64,000 nucleotides of DNA, taken from a virus (lineage: Duplodnaviria; Caudoviricetes). The position numbers and the translations under genes are program-made. Location of the stretch: IMG/VR virus record IMGVR_UViG_3300015370_000014, positions 7,016 to 71,015 of that record; one strand, written 5' to 3'. The notes under the pieces are model-generated. The model worked only from the letters and a program-made list of their open reading frames with translations. It was not told the origin of the DNA and searched no databases. Below are positions 17,098 to 26,508 of the stretch, one piece after another. Each line of letters begins with the position of its first letter. The first letter of the stretch is position 1.

Positions 17098-18546
17098 GTG
17101 GTAGAGTATAAATCAAAGTCTTGTGTGATATGCGGTGGGATTTTTACGCCGAGGTCTCCAAAGCATAAGACCTGCTCAGAGACTTGTTCCGTTGAATTGC
17201 GTAGGGAAACGGAGCGCGAACGGGATAAGCTTTCTCGTAGGATTTTCAATCGCTCGTGTCCTTTTTGTGCCGCTAAGTTTGAGACCACCGATTCAAAAAA
17301 GAAGTACTGTGGTTCAGAGGAGTGCGAGCGGAAGAGATGCATCGTCAAAGCACATACTGCGGAGCGAAAGCGTAAGGGGAATCGCAGTTCCTACACTAAA
17401 ATGCGGTACAGGGAAGTCTTACATCCCGATAGGGAGGTAAGAGACCGCGCTGGCCCCAACCATCTCCTTGACCAGGTTGCTGATTTTTTTGAGGTCGAGG
17501 GGTATACCCTAGTATCTACTTCATACATAGGTACTCGTGGCTCCTTAAAAGTTGTTTGTCCTGAGGGGCATCTTTGGGAAACCAGTTTTCATAGCTTTAA
17601 AGATTCTCCAAACAGATGTTTCACTTGTTTTCGAGAGAAGGAAGGCACCCCAGTTAAGGAAGTGGCCGACACACCTCATCCCGAAAAAGAGATAGCTGAT
17701 TTCGTTGAAGGCCTGGTTGGGGTTGGTACCATTAGGAATGACCGCACACTCATAAAGCCGTACGAACTCGATGTTTATGTTCCGGCAAAAAGGCTTGCGA
17801 TAGAATACTGTGGGCTGTACTGGCACAGTGAGGTTGGGGGTGGTAAACCCCGTAAATACCACTACGATAAGATGGCAGCTTGTGAAAAAGAGGGTGTTAG
17901 GCTTATTACTGTTTTTGAGGACGAGTATTCTACAAAACCTGACGTAGTAAAGAGTAGGATTAGGAATGCTTTGGGGATTCCAGAACATAGGGCTTACGCC
18001 AGGAAGTGTGTTTTTGGGGCGGTGGACCACTCCTTCGCTAAAAAGTTTTTGGAGAACAACCATCTCCAAGGTGCATCAGGGTTCAAATACGCTTTCGGTC
18101 TATTTTACCAAGATGAGCTTATAATGCTTATGACCTTTGGGCCCCTTTCCAGAACACACGCTTTAGTAGATGGGAAGCCCACTCTAGAATTGAAGCGCTT
18201 CGCCTCATTACCTGGCTGGTCAGTTCCCGGTGGCGCCTCCAGACTTTTGAAGAACGCCACTAGAATCATAGGGGTACATGAGGATTACAAATATCTCAAA
18301 TCCTACTGTGATATGAGGTACGCGAGTATAGAAAAGCCTGTATATGAAACTTTAGGGTTTAAACTGGTTTCGAGAACCACTCATACACCTCACTACGTGA
18401 GGGGAGGAAAGCGCTTCCGAAATCAGGGGCTTAGAAAGACCCCAGAGGAAAGGTTAACGGGGAAGACAGAGTGGGAGTTGCGTAGTGAGCAGGGGTACGA
18501 CCGTATTTGGGATTGTGGTCACGCCTCATATGTTTTGGCTTTATAA
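17098..18546 (+). CDS. Hef-like free-standing endonuclease: Zn fingers + Vsr-like nuclease + Mom/GNAT-like C-terminal domain
   Basis: CxxC...CxxxC fingers, CPEGH..CFTC ribbon, PYELDVYVP...IEYCGLYWHS, LITVFEDE, ELKRF...SYCDMR...VYETLGF; C-terminus homologous to ORF 24443. Confidence 0.75.
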   Translation: MVEYKSKSCVICGGIFTPRSPKHKTCSETCSVELRRETERERDKLSRRIFNRSCPFCAAKFETTDSKKKYCGSEECERKRCIVKAHTAERKRKGNRSSYTKMRYREVLHPDREVRDRAGPNHLLDQVADFFEVEGYTLVSTSYIGTRGSLKVVCPEGHLWETSFHSFKDSPNRCFTCFREKEGTPVKEVADTPHPEKEIADFVEGLVGVGTIRNDRTLIKPYELDVYVPAKRLAIEYCGLYWHSEVGGGKPRKYHYDKMAACEKEGVRLITVFEDEYSTKPDVVKSRIRNALGIPEHRAYARKCVFGAVDHSFAKKFLENNHLQGASGFKYAFGLFYQDELIMLMTFGPLSRTHALVDGKPTLELKRFASLPGWSVPGGASRLLKNATRIIGVHEDYKYLKSYCDMRYASIEKPVYETLGFKLVSRTTHTPHYVRGGKRFRNQGLRKTPEERLTGKTEWELRSEQGYDRIWDCGHASYVLAL

Positions 18547-18555
18547 GGAGAGGTT

Positions 18556-19080
18556 ATGGAAGGTATTATCAAGAACAATGGTGCCCCCGTGTTCATCTTT
18601 AAGCGTAAGTTTTCTACAGGGCACACTGTGACAGTAGCAGAGCTCTGGGGTATGTACAAGAAGAAGGCTTCAGCACAGCTGGGCGGCCGGAACGTGGTCC
18701 CCGAGGCGGAGTTTGTGGCTTGGCTTCACGATAGCCACTATATGCTTCCTCAATTTTCGTATGTGCCCGGGGAACAGCCCTCTCTAGTAGTTGAGGAGCG
18801 CGCCGCCGCGGCCCACGAAGAGCTGGATATTCCAGGGGAGTGTGATGCAGTAACGGTTGATAAGCCCTCGCTGTCGCACGCCCCTTATAAGGTCATTCAG
18901 TCTCTTACATACAAGGACATAGCCGCCCTACGTCTCGTGGATGACCCTCCCAGGATTATTTCGTCTATTACGAGTATATCGAAGCTGCGGCGGGCTTACT
19001 CCGTTGTTAGGAGCCTGCCTAAGAAAAGGCGCCTTGAGAAGATTCTAAGAGAGCGTATTCAGGAACTCGAGAGGATGTAG
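18556..19080 (+). CDS. Hypothetical protein of the head-neck cluster
   Basis: 174-aa ORF with AGGAG RBS; no recognisable motif. Confidence 0.65.
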   Translation: MEGIIKNNGAPVFIFKRKFSTGHTVTVAELWGMYKKKASAQLGGRNVVPEAEFVAWLHDSHYMLPQFSYVPGEQPSLVVEERAAAAHEELDIPGECDAVTVDKPSLSHAPYKVIQSLTYKDIAALRLVDDPPRIISSITSISKLRRAYSVVRSLPKKRRLEKILRERIQELERM

Positions 19081-19081
19081 T

Positions 19082-19408
19082 ATGTTTCTGTATTTTTGTG
19101 CATTCCTACTGGCGGTGGTATCTACTGAGGCGCTTACGGAGATTGTAGTCAAGTCAACCTTGTTTAGGCCCATCAGGGAGAAGATAGAGGTCAGGGCCCC
19201 AAGGCTGTCAAAGCTTATTACGTGCCCTTACTGCTTCTCTGTGTGGGCTTCAATTGTATTTACCACTTGCGTGTTTTTTGTAGTTGGGGGTGGTGTTTCC
19301 CTAATTTTGCTCCCACTAACCATCTTGGTAGTACATAGATGCTCTAATTACCTACATATGTTAGTAGATAGGTATTTTGATAAGTTTTACTCTGGAGGTA
19401 AGTCTTAA
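19082..19408 (+). CDS. Membrane protein, DUF1360-like
   Basis: Three hydrophobic segments and a LITCPYCFSVW motif. Confidence 0.6.
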   Translation: MFLYFCAFLLAVVSTEALTEIVVKSTLFRPIREKIEVRAPRLSKLITCPYCFSVWASIVFTTCVFFVVGGGVSLILLPLTILVVHRCSNYLHMLVDRYFDKFYSGGKS

Positions 19409-19719
19409 TGTTTTCTGATTCTCGTCTTTCAGTGGATACTAGTGTTGAGCCTATTGAACTAGAAGGGGAGGCCCGTGAGAAGGCCACCAAACTAAGGGAG
19501 TACACGGAGCAGCTTGGCCAGCTTAGAGCGGAGCTTGGCAGGCTTACGCAGGTTATAAATAACGCGTTAGGTACTACGAACAAGTGTGAACATACCGTTA
19601 GAGAGCTGAAATCTAACCTCTGTACGCTACTTGATATACCGAATGATGGCACCTGGGCGGTTGACTACGACAAGATGTGTATGGTTAAGGTAGCTTTTGG
19701 GAGCCCATCAGTGGTCTAA
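19408..19719 (+). CDS. Coiled-coil hypothetical protein
   Basis: TAATG overlap with the upstream gene; heptad repeats. Confidence 0.6.
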   Translation: MFSDSRLSVDTSVEPIELEGEAREKATKLREYTEQLGQLRAELGRLTQVINNALGTTNKCEHTVRELKSNLCTLLDIPNDGTWAVDYDKMCMVKVAFGSPSVV

Positions 19720-19734
19720 CTATAGGAAGGGCCT

Positions 19735-20649
19735 ATGACCGTCAAGATTGAAATCTTTGTAGACGATATCTATGGCCTAATGCAGGCCGGCTACGACGAA
19801 ATAAAGGTTTATAGGTCCACAAGAGAGGCTTCCGATTATTCCGAGATTACAGCGTTGGGGACGCGCCTGCCTTTGATATCTGGGGTAGGAAGGTACTCTT
19901 ACGCGGATGTTTTTGGTAATGCAGATTCTTGGTATAAGTGGTCTTACTTAGATATAGGACTGTCAGCCGAGAGCGCTCTTTCTGATGCGATTCGAGGAAC
20001 GATATCAGGCTCGCACTACAGGGGGGCCTCCTACCCCCCAGAGCTAACGTTGGCAGCTTCAGAGCAGAGTACCCTTCTGCGAGTTCGGCAGCTTGTGGGG
20101 GACCTGAAGGCCGTTAACAGGGACTATATAAGTTCAGCGACTAGTTATGATAACGTCTCCCAAGACGGGTACACTGTTGAGTTGGATAACCCTAAGGGCT
20201 GGCCCCTGTCAGTCTCGGTTGATGGTACTCCCTTTACCACAATTAACGACCCCGTTGTGCGTGGGTATCAGTTTCTGACCTTTTCTGGTACGCAGATTAA
20301 TACTACGTCCGGTACTTTGGATGTTTGGTATGAGAGCTTCCGCTTTTCGGACCAGGAAATACTTGAGACCTACCTAAGTGTGGACCCACCCCGGGGGCTT
20401 TCAGCTGCTCAAACCTCCTTAGAGATGTATGAACTTCAAGCCTCCATAAGGCTGCTTGAGTCTGAACTGCGGGGTTTTATGGCGTCGTCCAGTTCGAAGG
20501 TAAGCATCTACGAGGAGATAAGTATTGACCCCTCTGCTGGTCTTCAGGCTCGCCAGAAGGACTTGGATGCTCTCAACAGAAGGTTGTCCGAGCTTGTGGT
20601 GTCCGCCATCGGGGACAACTTGACAATTTTCGGGGTACGTCTTGATTAA
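19735..20649 (+). CDS. Putative head-tail adaptor
   Basis: Position after the MCP; N-terminal fibronectin/Ig-like segment, LRVRQLVGD and FSDQEI motifs, helical C-terminus as in adaptor proteins. Confidence 0.55.
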   Translation: MTVKIEIFVDDIYGLMQAGYDEIKVYRSTREASDYSEITALGTRLPLISGVGRYSYADVFGNADSWYKWSYLDIGLSAESALSDAIRGTISGSHYRGASYPPELTLAASEQSTLLRVRQLVGDLKAVNRDYISSATSYDNVSQDGYTVELDNPKGWPLSVSVDGTPFTTINDPVVRGYQFLTFSGTQINTTSGTLDVWYESFRFSDQEILETYLSVDPPRGLSAAQTSLEMYELQASIRLLESELRGFMASSSSKVSIYEEISIDPSAGLQARQKDLDALNRRLSELVVSAIGDNLTIFGVRLD

Positions 20650-20670
20650 GGTACCTAAGGGGGCGTAGGG

Positions 20671-21219
20671 ATGGGGAAAATAGTCACTAACGCTATTAGG
20701 AAGACCTACAAGAACCTGATAAAAAGTGTAGTTAAGGACCTCGGGGAAACCATTTTAGTTTATGGTGCCCCCGAAAAAACGATGTGCCCCAACTGTTTTC
20801 AGGACCTTGTGACTGGTAAATCAAAGAACGTGTTTAGGGATACGTTTATTACTCCTGTGGTTATTTATGGGGTAACGATAAACCCTCAAGCCTTTACTCG
20901 CGGAAGGTGCCCTGTATGTAAGGGGGAGGGGTATCTAACCTACGTTGTGCCTACTATAGTGAAGGCACTTGTGAAATGGAATCCTAAGGATGGGGAGCTG
21001 TCTCGGACTCCTGTGGGGATTGAGGGCTCAAATATAGTACGAATTAAAGCTCGAAGGTCTTATTACGAAGCTATTCGGGATTCGGTATACGCGACTATAG
21101 ATGGTGTAAGGTGTGTTCTGTCCAGTCCTCCTGTATATAGGGGGCTGGGTGCGCAGGATGAGCTTGTTGTTGCTTTTTTCCAATCTGTTAGCCCTGGGTT
21201 TAGTGTAAAGGAAAGTTAG
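20671..21219 (+). CDS. Putative head-closure (stopper) protein with a Zn finger
   Basis: CPNC...CPVC insertion, KALVKWNP, beta-rich C-terminus; position in the neck cluster. Confidence 0.55.
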   Translation: MGKIVTNAIRKTYKNLIKSVVKDLGETILVYGAPEKTMCPNCFQDLVTGKSKNVFRDTFITPVVIYGVTINPQAFTRGRCPVCKGEGYLTYVVPTIVKALVKWNPKDGELSRTPVGIEGSNIVRIKARRSYYEAIRDSVYATIDGVRCVLSSPPVYRGLGAQDELVVAFFQSVSPGFSVKES

Positions 21220-21220
21220 T

Positions 21221-21895
21221 GTGCCGACCCTTAAAGCGGAATATCTCAGACTACAAAGGAAGCTACAGAGAGAGCTCTCTGTTGCTTTTATGTTAGTGTT
21301 GCAGGAGATTATTCCGAGGGTTTTGAACAACATTATGAGGGCTTACGACTCTGAGACTGGGGGCCTCGCTCCCGCGGGTGATAGGGCCTCTCCAGACTAC
21401 GCTCGTAGCGTCTTTTTGGCGTCGGTTAAAAAGTCTCTTGATGAGACCTTGAAGCGGGGGTCAAATACCTTTTCTTTTAGTACAGGCGATATTAGTGAGC
21501 TCTACCACAACACCTCTGGAGCAGATAGCCTGCAGGGTTATCTGAAAAGCGTAGGGAAAAATCCCCAACCATTACAATGGCTGGTATTCTATCTAGAAGG
21601 GTTTGGAGGGGAGTTCGCATTCATTACTAACGAGGTATATGATAAACTTGCCAAAGCCGGTCTCGTAGCACCAAAGCCGGGGCCAGAATTTAAGAAGTGG
21701 GGCTGGTACCAGCAGGGTTTTATGATTGAACGTGCGGTGTACTACGCACAAGGGCTTAATCAGGCGGTACCCTTTGCTTCGGTAAGGCACCCCCAATCTG
21801 GAATGCGCCCTGCCAAGATTTTTGAGCGGGCGATGGATGGTATAGATATGTCGGAGATGTTTGGAAGGGCAGTTAAGGCGGTTTTAGGAGGTTAG
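21221..21895 (+). CDS. Putative neck / tail-completion protein
   Basis: Position; C-terminal HPQSGMRPAKIFERA resembles the HK97 gp10-like HPG..P..F..RA motif. Confidence 0.5.
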   Translation: MPTLKAEYLRLQRKLQRELSVAFMLVLQEIIPRVLNNIMRAYDSETGGLAPAGDRASPDYARSVFLASVKKSLDETLKRGSNTFSFSTGDISELYHNTSGADSLQGYLKSVGKNPQPLQWLVFYLEGFGGEFAFITNEVYDKLAKAGLVAPKPGPEFKKWGWYQQGFMIERAVYYAQGLNQAVPFASVRHPQSGMRPAKIFERAMDGIDMSEMFGRAVKAVLGG

Positions 21896-21896
21896 T

Positions 21897-22655
21897 ATGC
21901 CAATAAGTCGTTCCAGGCTCGAGGATATTTCTGTACAAAACTACATTAAGTTCCAAGTTTTAGGCCTGGAGTTCGTAGAATCATATACCAATCAGGAGTT
22001 GTTGTACGATAGTAATACTGGGTTGTATAGGCCTTCAGTGGAAGACTTATACCCAAACCCGGTTTCGGCTGGAAGGGGGTGGGTTCCTTTCGATGAATCT
22101 TCGTCCCTTATAGATATGTCTTCCGAGCAGGTTACGCGCGTTTCTGTGTCTGGCGCCTCTACTTACCAGGTCAACTATGTTTATGGTGGTATTAAGGACC
22201 CTGACACAGTGCCTTCTACGGTTTCCTACACCTACAACTACGTTTCAGTTGTCGATGGGTGGCCAGGTGATAATATGCCTGATTTGCCTGCTGTTGCTGT
22301 AGACATACTTGGCCAGCGCCGCACAGGTTTGCAGTTAGGTCCTGGATTTATCTCGTCTCGGGCGACTGATATTCATATTTTTGCTACTACTGCTGCCGAG
22401 AGAGACGACCTTAAAGAGTTGCTATTTGATGCCTTATACAATAAATCTATCTCGGTGACAGACTACAGTAGTGGGGACTATCTAACTGCTGACGGGTATT
22501 ACGACCCCACATTTGCTCCGGTAGATGTTTCTGAGGGTTCACGTATTTTTTTTGAGGGGCTATCTGAGAAAAACATCACTGCATTCTCAGATTGGTCCGA
22601 ATTGAATAGATATAGAGCAGTAATTTCCCTGGATATAGTAGTTTATAAGGGATAG
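21897..22655 (+). CDS. Putative tail terminator protein
   Basis: Immediately before the tube gene; LPAVAVD, IHIFA...ERDDL..LL pattern typical of terminators. Confidence 0.6.
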   Translation: MPISRSRLEDISVQNYIKFQVLGLEFVESYTNQELLYDSNTGLYRPSVEDLYPNPVSAGRGWVPFDESSSLIDMSSEQVTRVSVSGASTYQVNYVYGGIKDPDTVPSTVSYTYNYVSVVDGWPGDNMPDLPAVAVDILGQRRTGLQLGPGFISSRATDIHIFATTAAERDDLKELLFDALYNKSISVTDYSSGDYLTADGYYDPTFAPVDVSEGSRIFFEGLSEKNITAFSDWSELNRYRAVISLDIVVYKG

Positions 22656-22725
22656 GAACGGTTAAGGAACCAAAGATATTTAGCCCAGCCAACCCAAACT
22701 AGATACAAGATGTTAGGAGGATACG

Positions 22726-24351
22726 ATGACTAGACGAAATCGCGTAATCTACGCAAGTCAGTCTGTAATTGTCGACGGTAAGTTCCTTTACCGTGTTCAG
22801 ACCCTTGGTTCAACCTCAACCTTCACCTCAGAGGATGTGTTTGAGCTTGGCCAGTTGGAGATTATCGACGTTGTAGACGATGTGCCTACGGTTGCCGTGA
22901 CTATCGATACGAACGACTGGGGCTCAATCTTCACGATGGCAGCTCTCGCGGGCGTTGATAGTCGTTATTTTAATGTGACTGCTACCGCCGCCAACGCTAA
23001 CCTTACAGTAGACAGTGGTACTGGCTCTAACGTAGCTTACTACCACGGTATTGCGCTGTCTGACTTCGGCCTGGATTCAGCGCAGGTTCAGGTCTGGGCA
23101 CCTATTCAGACAGAGGCTGCTTTGGGTACTGACAACGACCTGATTGACCAGACCCTGTTTATGCATAACTGTTATGCCAACAACCTCGAGTTTTCTTACG
23201 GCGCTGGGTCGAACGGTACCGAGAACTACAGCCTTGAGACAGATAACAAGGTGTGGCTGTTGAACGCTGGCAGGTTTGTTACGCAGGAAGAGTGGGATAT
23301 CACGTCGACCGCTAGCGGTACCATAGAGCTTTGCCTAGACGACGCCACCGGCGTTATTCCGACTTTGTCGAACCAGCGTAGCGCGTTCTTACTTAAGACT
23401 TCAGAGGGCGCCCCCGCCATCGCACTGTGGGATGCTTCTGATACTACGCCTGTGTGGACTAAGTACGAGGTTCTGACGGATAGCGCTGCCACAGCTACAC
23501 AGGCCAACTACGTTTCTGCTACGCACGTTATTACGCTGCCTACTGGATTTACTTCTGCCAATGGCGATAAGGCCAGGGTACTTTACGCTGCTGATGAGTA
23601 CGCAGTGTCTGGTAATTCTGGTACGGTTAGCGCAGACCGTATTGCTTCCAACTACTTTACTACTTCGATTGCGGATACCATCGTAGCTGGCGGCGCTCCG
23701 GAGACTTTGGGTGCTGTTCGTCAGGGCCAGGTTGAGATTTTCTTGGTGGACCCGACGATTGCCCCTGCTGACTACGCTCTGTCCCTGCGTATTACTTCGG
23801 CGACGGTTACTGCGGCCTTGACTCGAGAGACGCTGACTGAGCTTGGCCACCTGAAGCCTTACTATCGTACAGTGACCTTCCCGACGGAAATCACGTCCTC
23901 ACTGGAAACCACCGCTGGTGACCTTGAGACCTACGCTCGTATTGCTGGTAAGTTTGCTGAGTTTGACGCAGAGACACTGCTCGACCTTAGTATCGACGAT
24001 ATCCTGGTTAAGGATAACCTCATTCTGGTAATTATGCTTTATGAGCAGACAGATGAGGAGGCCGGCGGGACTTACTCCAGTCGTCTTATCAAGACTGGCT
24101 CCGCTTTGATTGGTAAAGAGTATTACGTGGAAGGTCAGCGTTCTGTCTACGCTGCTCTGGACCGCGAGTACCCCTGTAAAACCCTGATTTGCCCCGGCCT
24201 GAAGCTTACAGACGAGGCGTATAACTTGGCTGTAGGTTCTAATGCCACCCAAACATTTGGGTTTAGGTCTACCAACAAGCTTTTCGCTATTCAAGGGTTT
24301 GTTCCTATCAACCATCTGTATGCTTCTCCTGGATTTGAGAAGAATGCGTAG
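22726..24351 (+). CDS. Major tail tube protein with an internal tandem duplication
   Basis: AGGAGG RBS, strong terminator after it, upstream of the chaperones and TMP; two similar halves (R..T...T.E...ELG.L and GSN.T......NK). Confidence 0.75.
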   Translation: MTRRNRVIYASQSVIVDGKFLYRVQTLGSTSTFTSEDVFELGQLEIIDVVDDVPTVAVTIDTNDWGSIFTMAALAGVDSRYFNVTATAANANLTVDSGTGSNVAYYHGIALSDFGLDSAQVQVWAPIQTEAALGTDNDLIDQTLFMHNCYANNLEFSYGAGSNGTENYSLETDNKVWLLNAGRFVTQEEWDITSTASGTIELCLDDATGVIPTLSNQRSAFLLKTSEGAPAIALWDASDTTPVWTKYEVLTDSAATATQANYVSATHVITLPTGFTSANGDKARVLYAADEYAVSGNSGTVSADRIASNYFTTSIADTIVAGGAPETLGAVRQGQVEIFLVDPTIAPADYALSLRITSATVTAALTRETLTELGHLKPYYRTVTFPTEITSSLETTAGDLETYARIAGKFAEFDAETLLDLSIDDILVKDNLILVIMLYEQTDEEAGGTYSSRLIKTGSALIGKEYYVEGQRSVYAALDREYPCKTLICPGLKLTDEAYNLAVGSNATQTFGFRSTNKLFAIQGFVPINHLYASPGFEKNA

Positions 24352-24380
24352 TTAACATTCTACTCCTGTTATCTTATTAC

Positions 24381-24413
24381 AAAAGGGGAGGGGCGTATGC
24401 CCCTCCCCTTTTT
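24381..24413. terminator. Strong, likely bidirectional intrinsic terminator
   Basis: AAAAGGGGAGGGGC-GTAT-GCCCCTCCCCTTTTT: perfect 14-bp stem with an A-tract before and a U-tract after. Confidence 0.9.
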
Positions 24414-24442
24414 GTTTATGGGTTCCAGTAGGAGTGTAGTAT

Positions 24443-26416
24443 ATGCGTCCTTGGCCTGAGAAAGAGACAGGGGAGTTATTGGACTTGATTAGTCAGGGGA
24501 AATCTCCGGATGAGGTAGCTCTATCCTTAGGCAAGTCAAAGTCTCAGATATTCAATAAGCTGTACCGAATGGGGATGTCTTTTGGTAAGAAGTGGTCTTC
24601 GGAGGAATTAGAGGTTCTAAAGAAGTGGTGCCCTCAAAATGCTAGATTCGCTTCCAAGCTTCTGGGGAGGCCTCTTAGGGCGGTGAGGGCCAAGGCTTCT
24701 GGGATGGGGTTAGCTTCGCATACAAAGATTCCGTGGTCTGAGGAGGAGAAGGCCCTTTTGGCTCGATTATACCCTGACTCGTCTACTGAAGAGCTTGTAG
24801 AAAAGTTAGGTAGAGGTGGGGGTGCCATAACGGCTATGGCCAGAAAATTAGGACTTAGGAAGGTTCCTGCGTGGTCTGAAGAGCAGGACTCAAGGCTTAG
24901 GCAGTTGTACGGTGAAAAAGCACCCCTCAAGGAAATAGCAGCTATAGTGGGTAAGTCTGTTACTGAGGTTAGAGGCAGGGTCGCGTGGTTGGGTATTCGG
25001 CGTAAGGCTGTGAGCAAGAGGGTTTTGTCAGTTATCGATGAAGGCACTGTTGTTTCAACTTGTTCTAAGCATGGTAAGCTTACACATAAGAGGTTGAAGT
25101 CTGGTAAGCTCGTTTGTACTGAGTGCCAGGCTACGTATTATGAGAGACAATATAAGCGGAAAACAGACTTACCTTATAAGATACCTATTGAGGAAGTTAA
25201 GGAGTATTTTCTTTCTGCCGGGTACGAGGTGGCACTTGAGGACTATAAAAACACGAATGACCGAATACTTGGGGTGTGTCCTGGGGGACATTCCTGTTTG
25301 GTAGGGTACACCTGGCTTCAACAAGGGCACGGGTGTCCTACTTGTGCACAAGATTTACGTGTAAAATTTCAGCGTTCTCAGGTTTTGGAGACTTACGATA
25401 AATTAATGAGGGAGGTTGAGTCTTCTAAATACGAGCTGCTTACTCGGGTTGATGATTTCATAAATGCGCACACGAAAGTGGAGGTTAAGTGCCCTTTGGG
25501 CCATGTTACTTCTATAAAAGCCTATTCGTTTATTCAAGGACATCGGTGTGGTTTTTGCTATAATGGGGGTGTTTCTAAAGGGGAGAAGGAAGTTCTTGAA
25601 TACATCAGGAGTATCTATTCTGGAGAGGTAGAGGAAAACACTAAAACAGTTGTTTCGCCATATGAGGTGGATATTTTTATCCCCGCCCAAAAAATGGCTA
25701 TTGAGTACAACGGTTTGTACTGGCACTCGGATGAGCTTGTTGGTAAGAAGGACTACGAAAAATACTTGGCTTGTCAAAGAGCTGGTATTCGGTACGTAGG
25801 TATATTTGAGGATGAGTGGCTTAAAAGTCCGGATAGAGTAAAAGCACTTATTAAGAACCTTTTAGGTCAGCGTACACCTTCACATAAGCTTCGTCCAAAG
25901 CAACTTAAGGTTCGGGAGATTACGTCGGGGGTGGCTTTTGAGTTTCTTTCCTCATATCATTATCTTGGGGGTAGAAAGGCCAGCTTTAATAGGGGACTAT
26001 ACTACGGGGATTTTTTGGCCGGGGTACTTCAGTTTAACCCTCCTACTCGGCAATCTAAATACGACATAGAGTTAGTTAGGATGTGCCTTCATCCAGACTA
26101 CACCATCCCCGGTTTATGGGGGTTTTGTCGCAAGCACATTTTTGATGAGGAATTTAAGGGTCAGTCCATAGTGTCTTTTTCTGACAATAGACTACATACA
26201 GGCTCCGTGTATGAGCATATGGGGTTTGTCAAGTCCGGTGTGGTTTCTCCAGATTACTACTGGTGTAAGTCCGGAGTTAGGTACCATAAATCTCGTCTTA
26301 GAAAAACAGTAGAGGAGAGATTAACTGGGAGAACCGAGACAGAACTTCGTACGGAGCAGGGGTATTTCAAGATATATGACGTGGGGAAAACTCGGTGGGT
26401 ACTTGACCTTAGGTAA
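24443..26416 (+). CDS. Hef-like free-standing endonuclease: 4 Myb-like HTH repeats + Zn ribbons + Vsr-like nuclease + Mom/GNAT-like domain
   Basis: Four W(S/P)xEE..L repeats, CPGGH and CPLGH ribbons, PYEVDIFIP...IEYNGLYWHSD, IFEDEW, ELVRMC...SFSDNR..GSVYEHMGF. Confidence 0.75.
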   Translation: MRPWPEKETGELLDLISQGKSPDEVALSLGKSKSQIFNKLYRMGMSFGKKWSSEELEVLKKWCPQNARFASKLLGRPLRAVRAKASGMGLASHTKIPWSEEEKALLARLYPDSSTEELVEKLGRGGGAITAMARKLGLRKVPAWSEEQDSRLRQLYGEKAPLKEIAAIVGKSVTEVRGRVAWLGIRRKAVSKRVLSVIDEGTVVSTCSKHGKLTHKRLKSGKLVCTECQATYYERQYKRKTDLPYKIPIEEVKEYFLSAGYEVALEDYKNTNDRILGVCPGGHSCLVGYTWLQQGHGCPTCAQDLRVKFQRSQVLETYDKLMREVESSKYELLTRVDDFINAHTKVEVKCPLGHVTSIKAYSFIQGHRCGFCYNGGVSKGEKEVLEYIRSIYSGEVEENTKTVVSPYEVDIFIPAQKMAIEYNGLYWHSDELVGKKDYEKYLACQRAGIRYVGIFEDEWLKSPDRVKALIKNLLGQRTPSHKLRPKQLKVREITSGVAFEFLSSYHYLGGRKASFNRGLYYGDFLAGVLQFNPPTRQSKYDIELVRMCLHPDYTIPGLWGFCRKHIFDEEFKGQSIVSFSDNRLHTGSVYEHMGFVKSGVVSPDYYWCKSGVRYHKSRLRKTVEERLTGRTETELRTEQGYFKIYDVGKTRWVLDLR

Positions 26417-26508
26417 TTAATACAGATATTCAATACCAAAGATTTGTACTATTACTTAGTAGTAGGTTTGTGTGCCCCTCACTATAATCCTCTACCAGGA
26501 GAAGTAAT

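Noticed and set aside
16972-18555. Group I intron housing the endonuclease genes
   Set aside because: Flanking non-coding sequence is too short for an intron core (0-130 bp at all six nuclease loci) and the neighbouring genes look complete.
22726-24351. Tail sheath assignment for the 541-aa protein
   Set aside because: Lacks sheath motifs and no separate small tube gene follows; the internal duplication of tube-like motifs fits a double-domain tube better.
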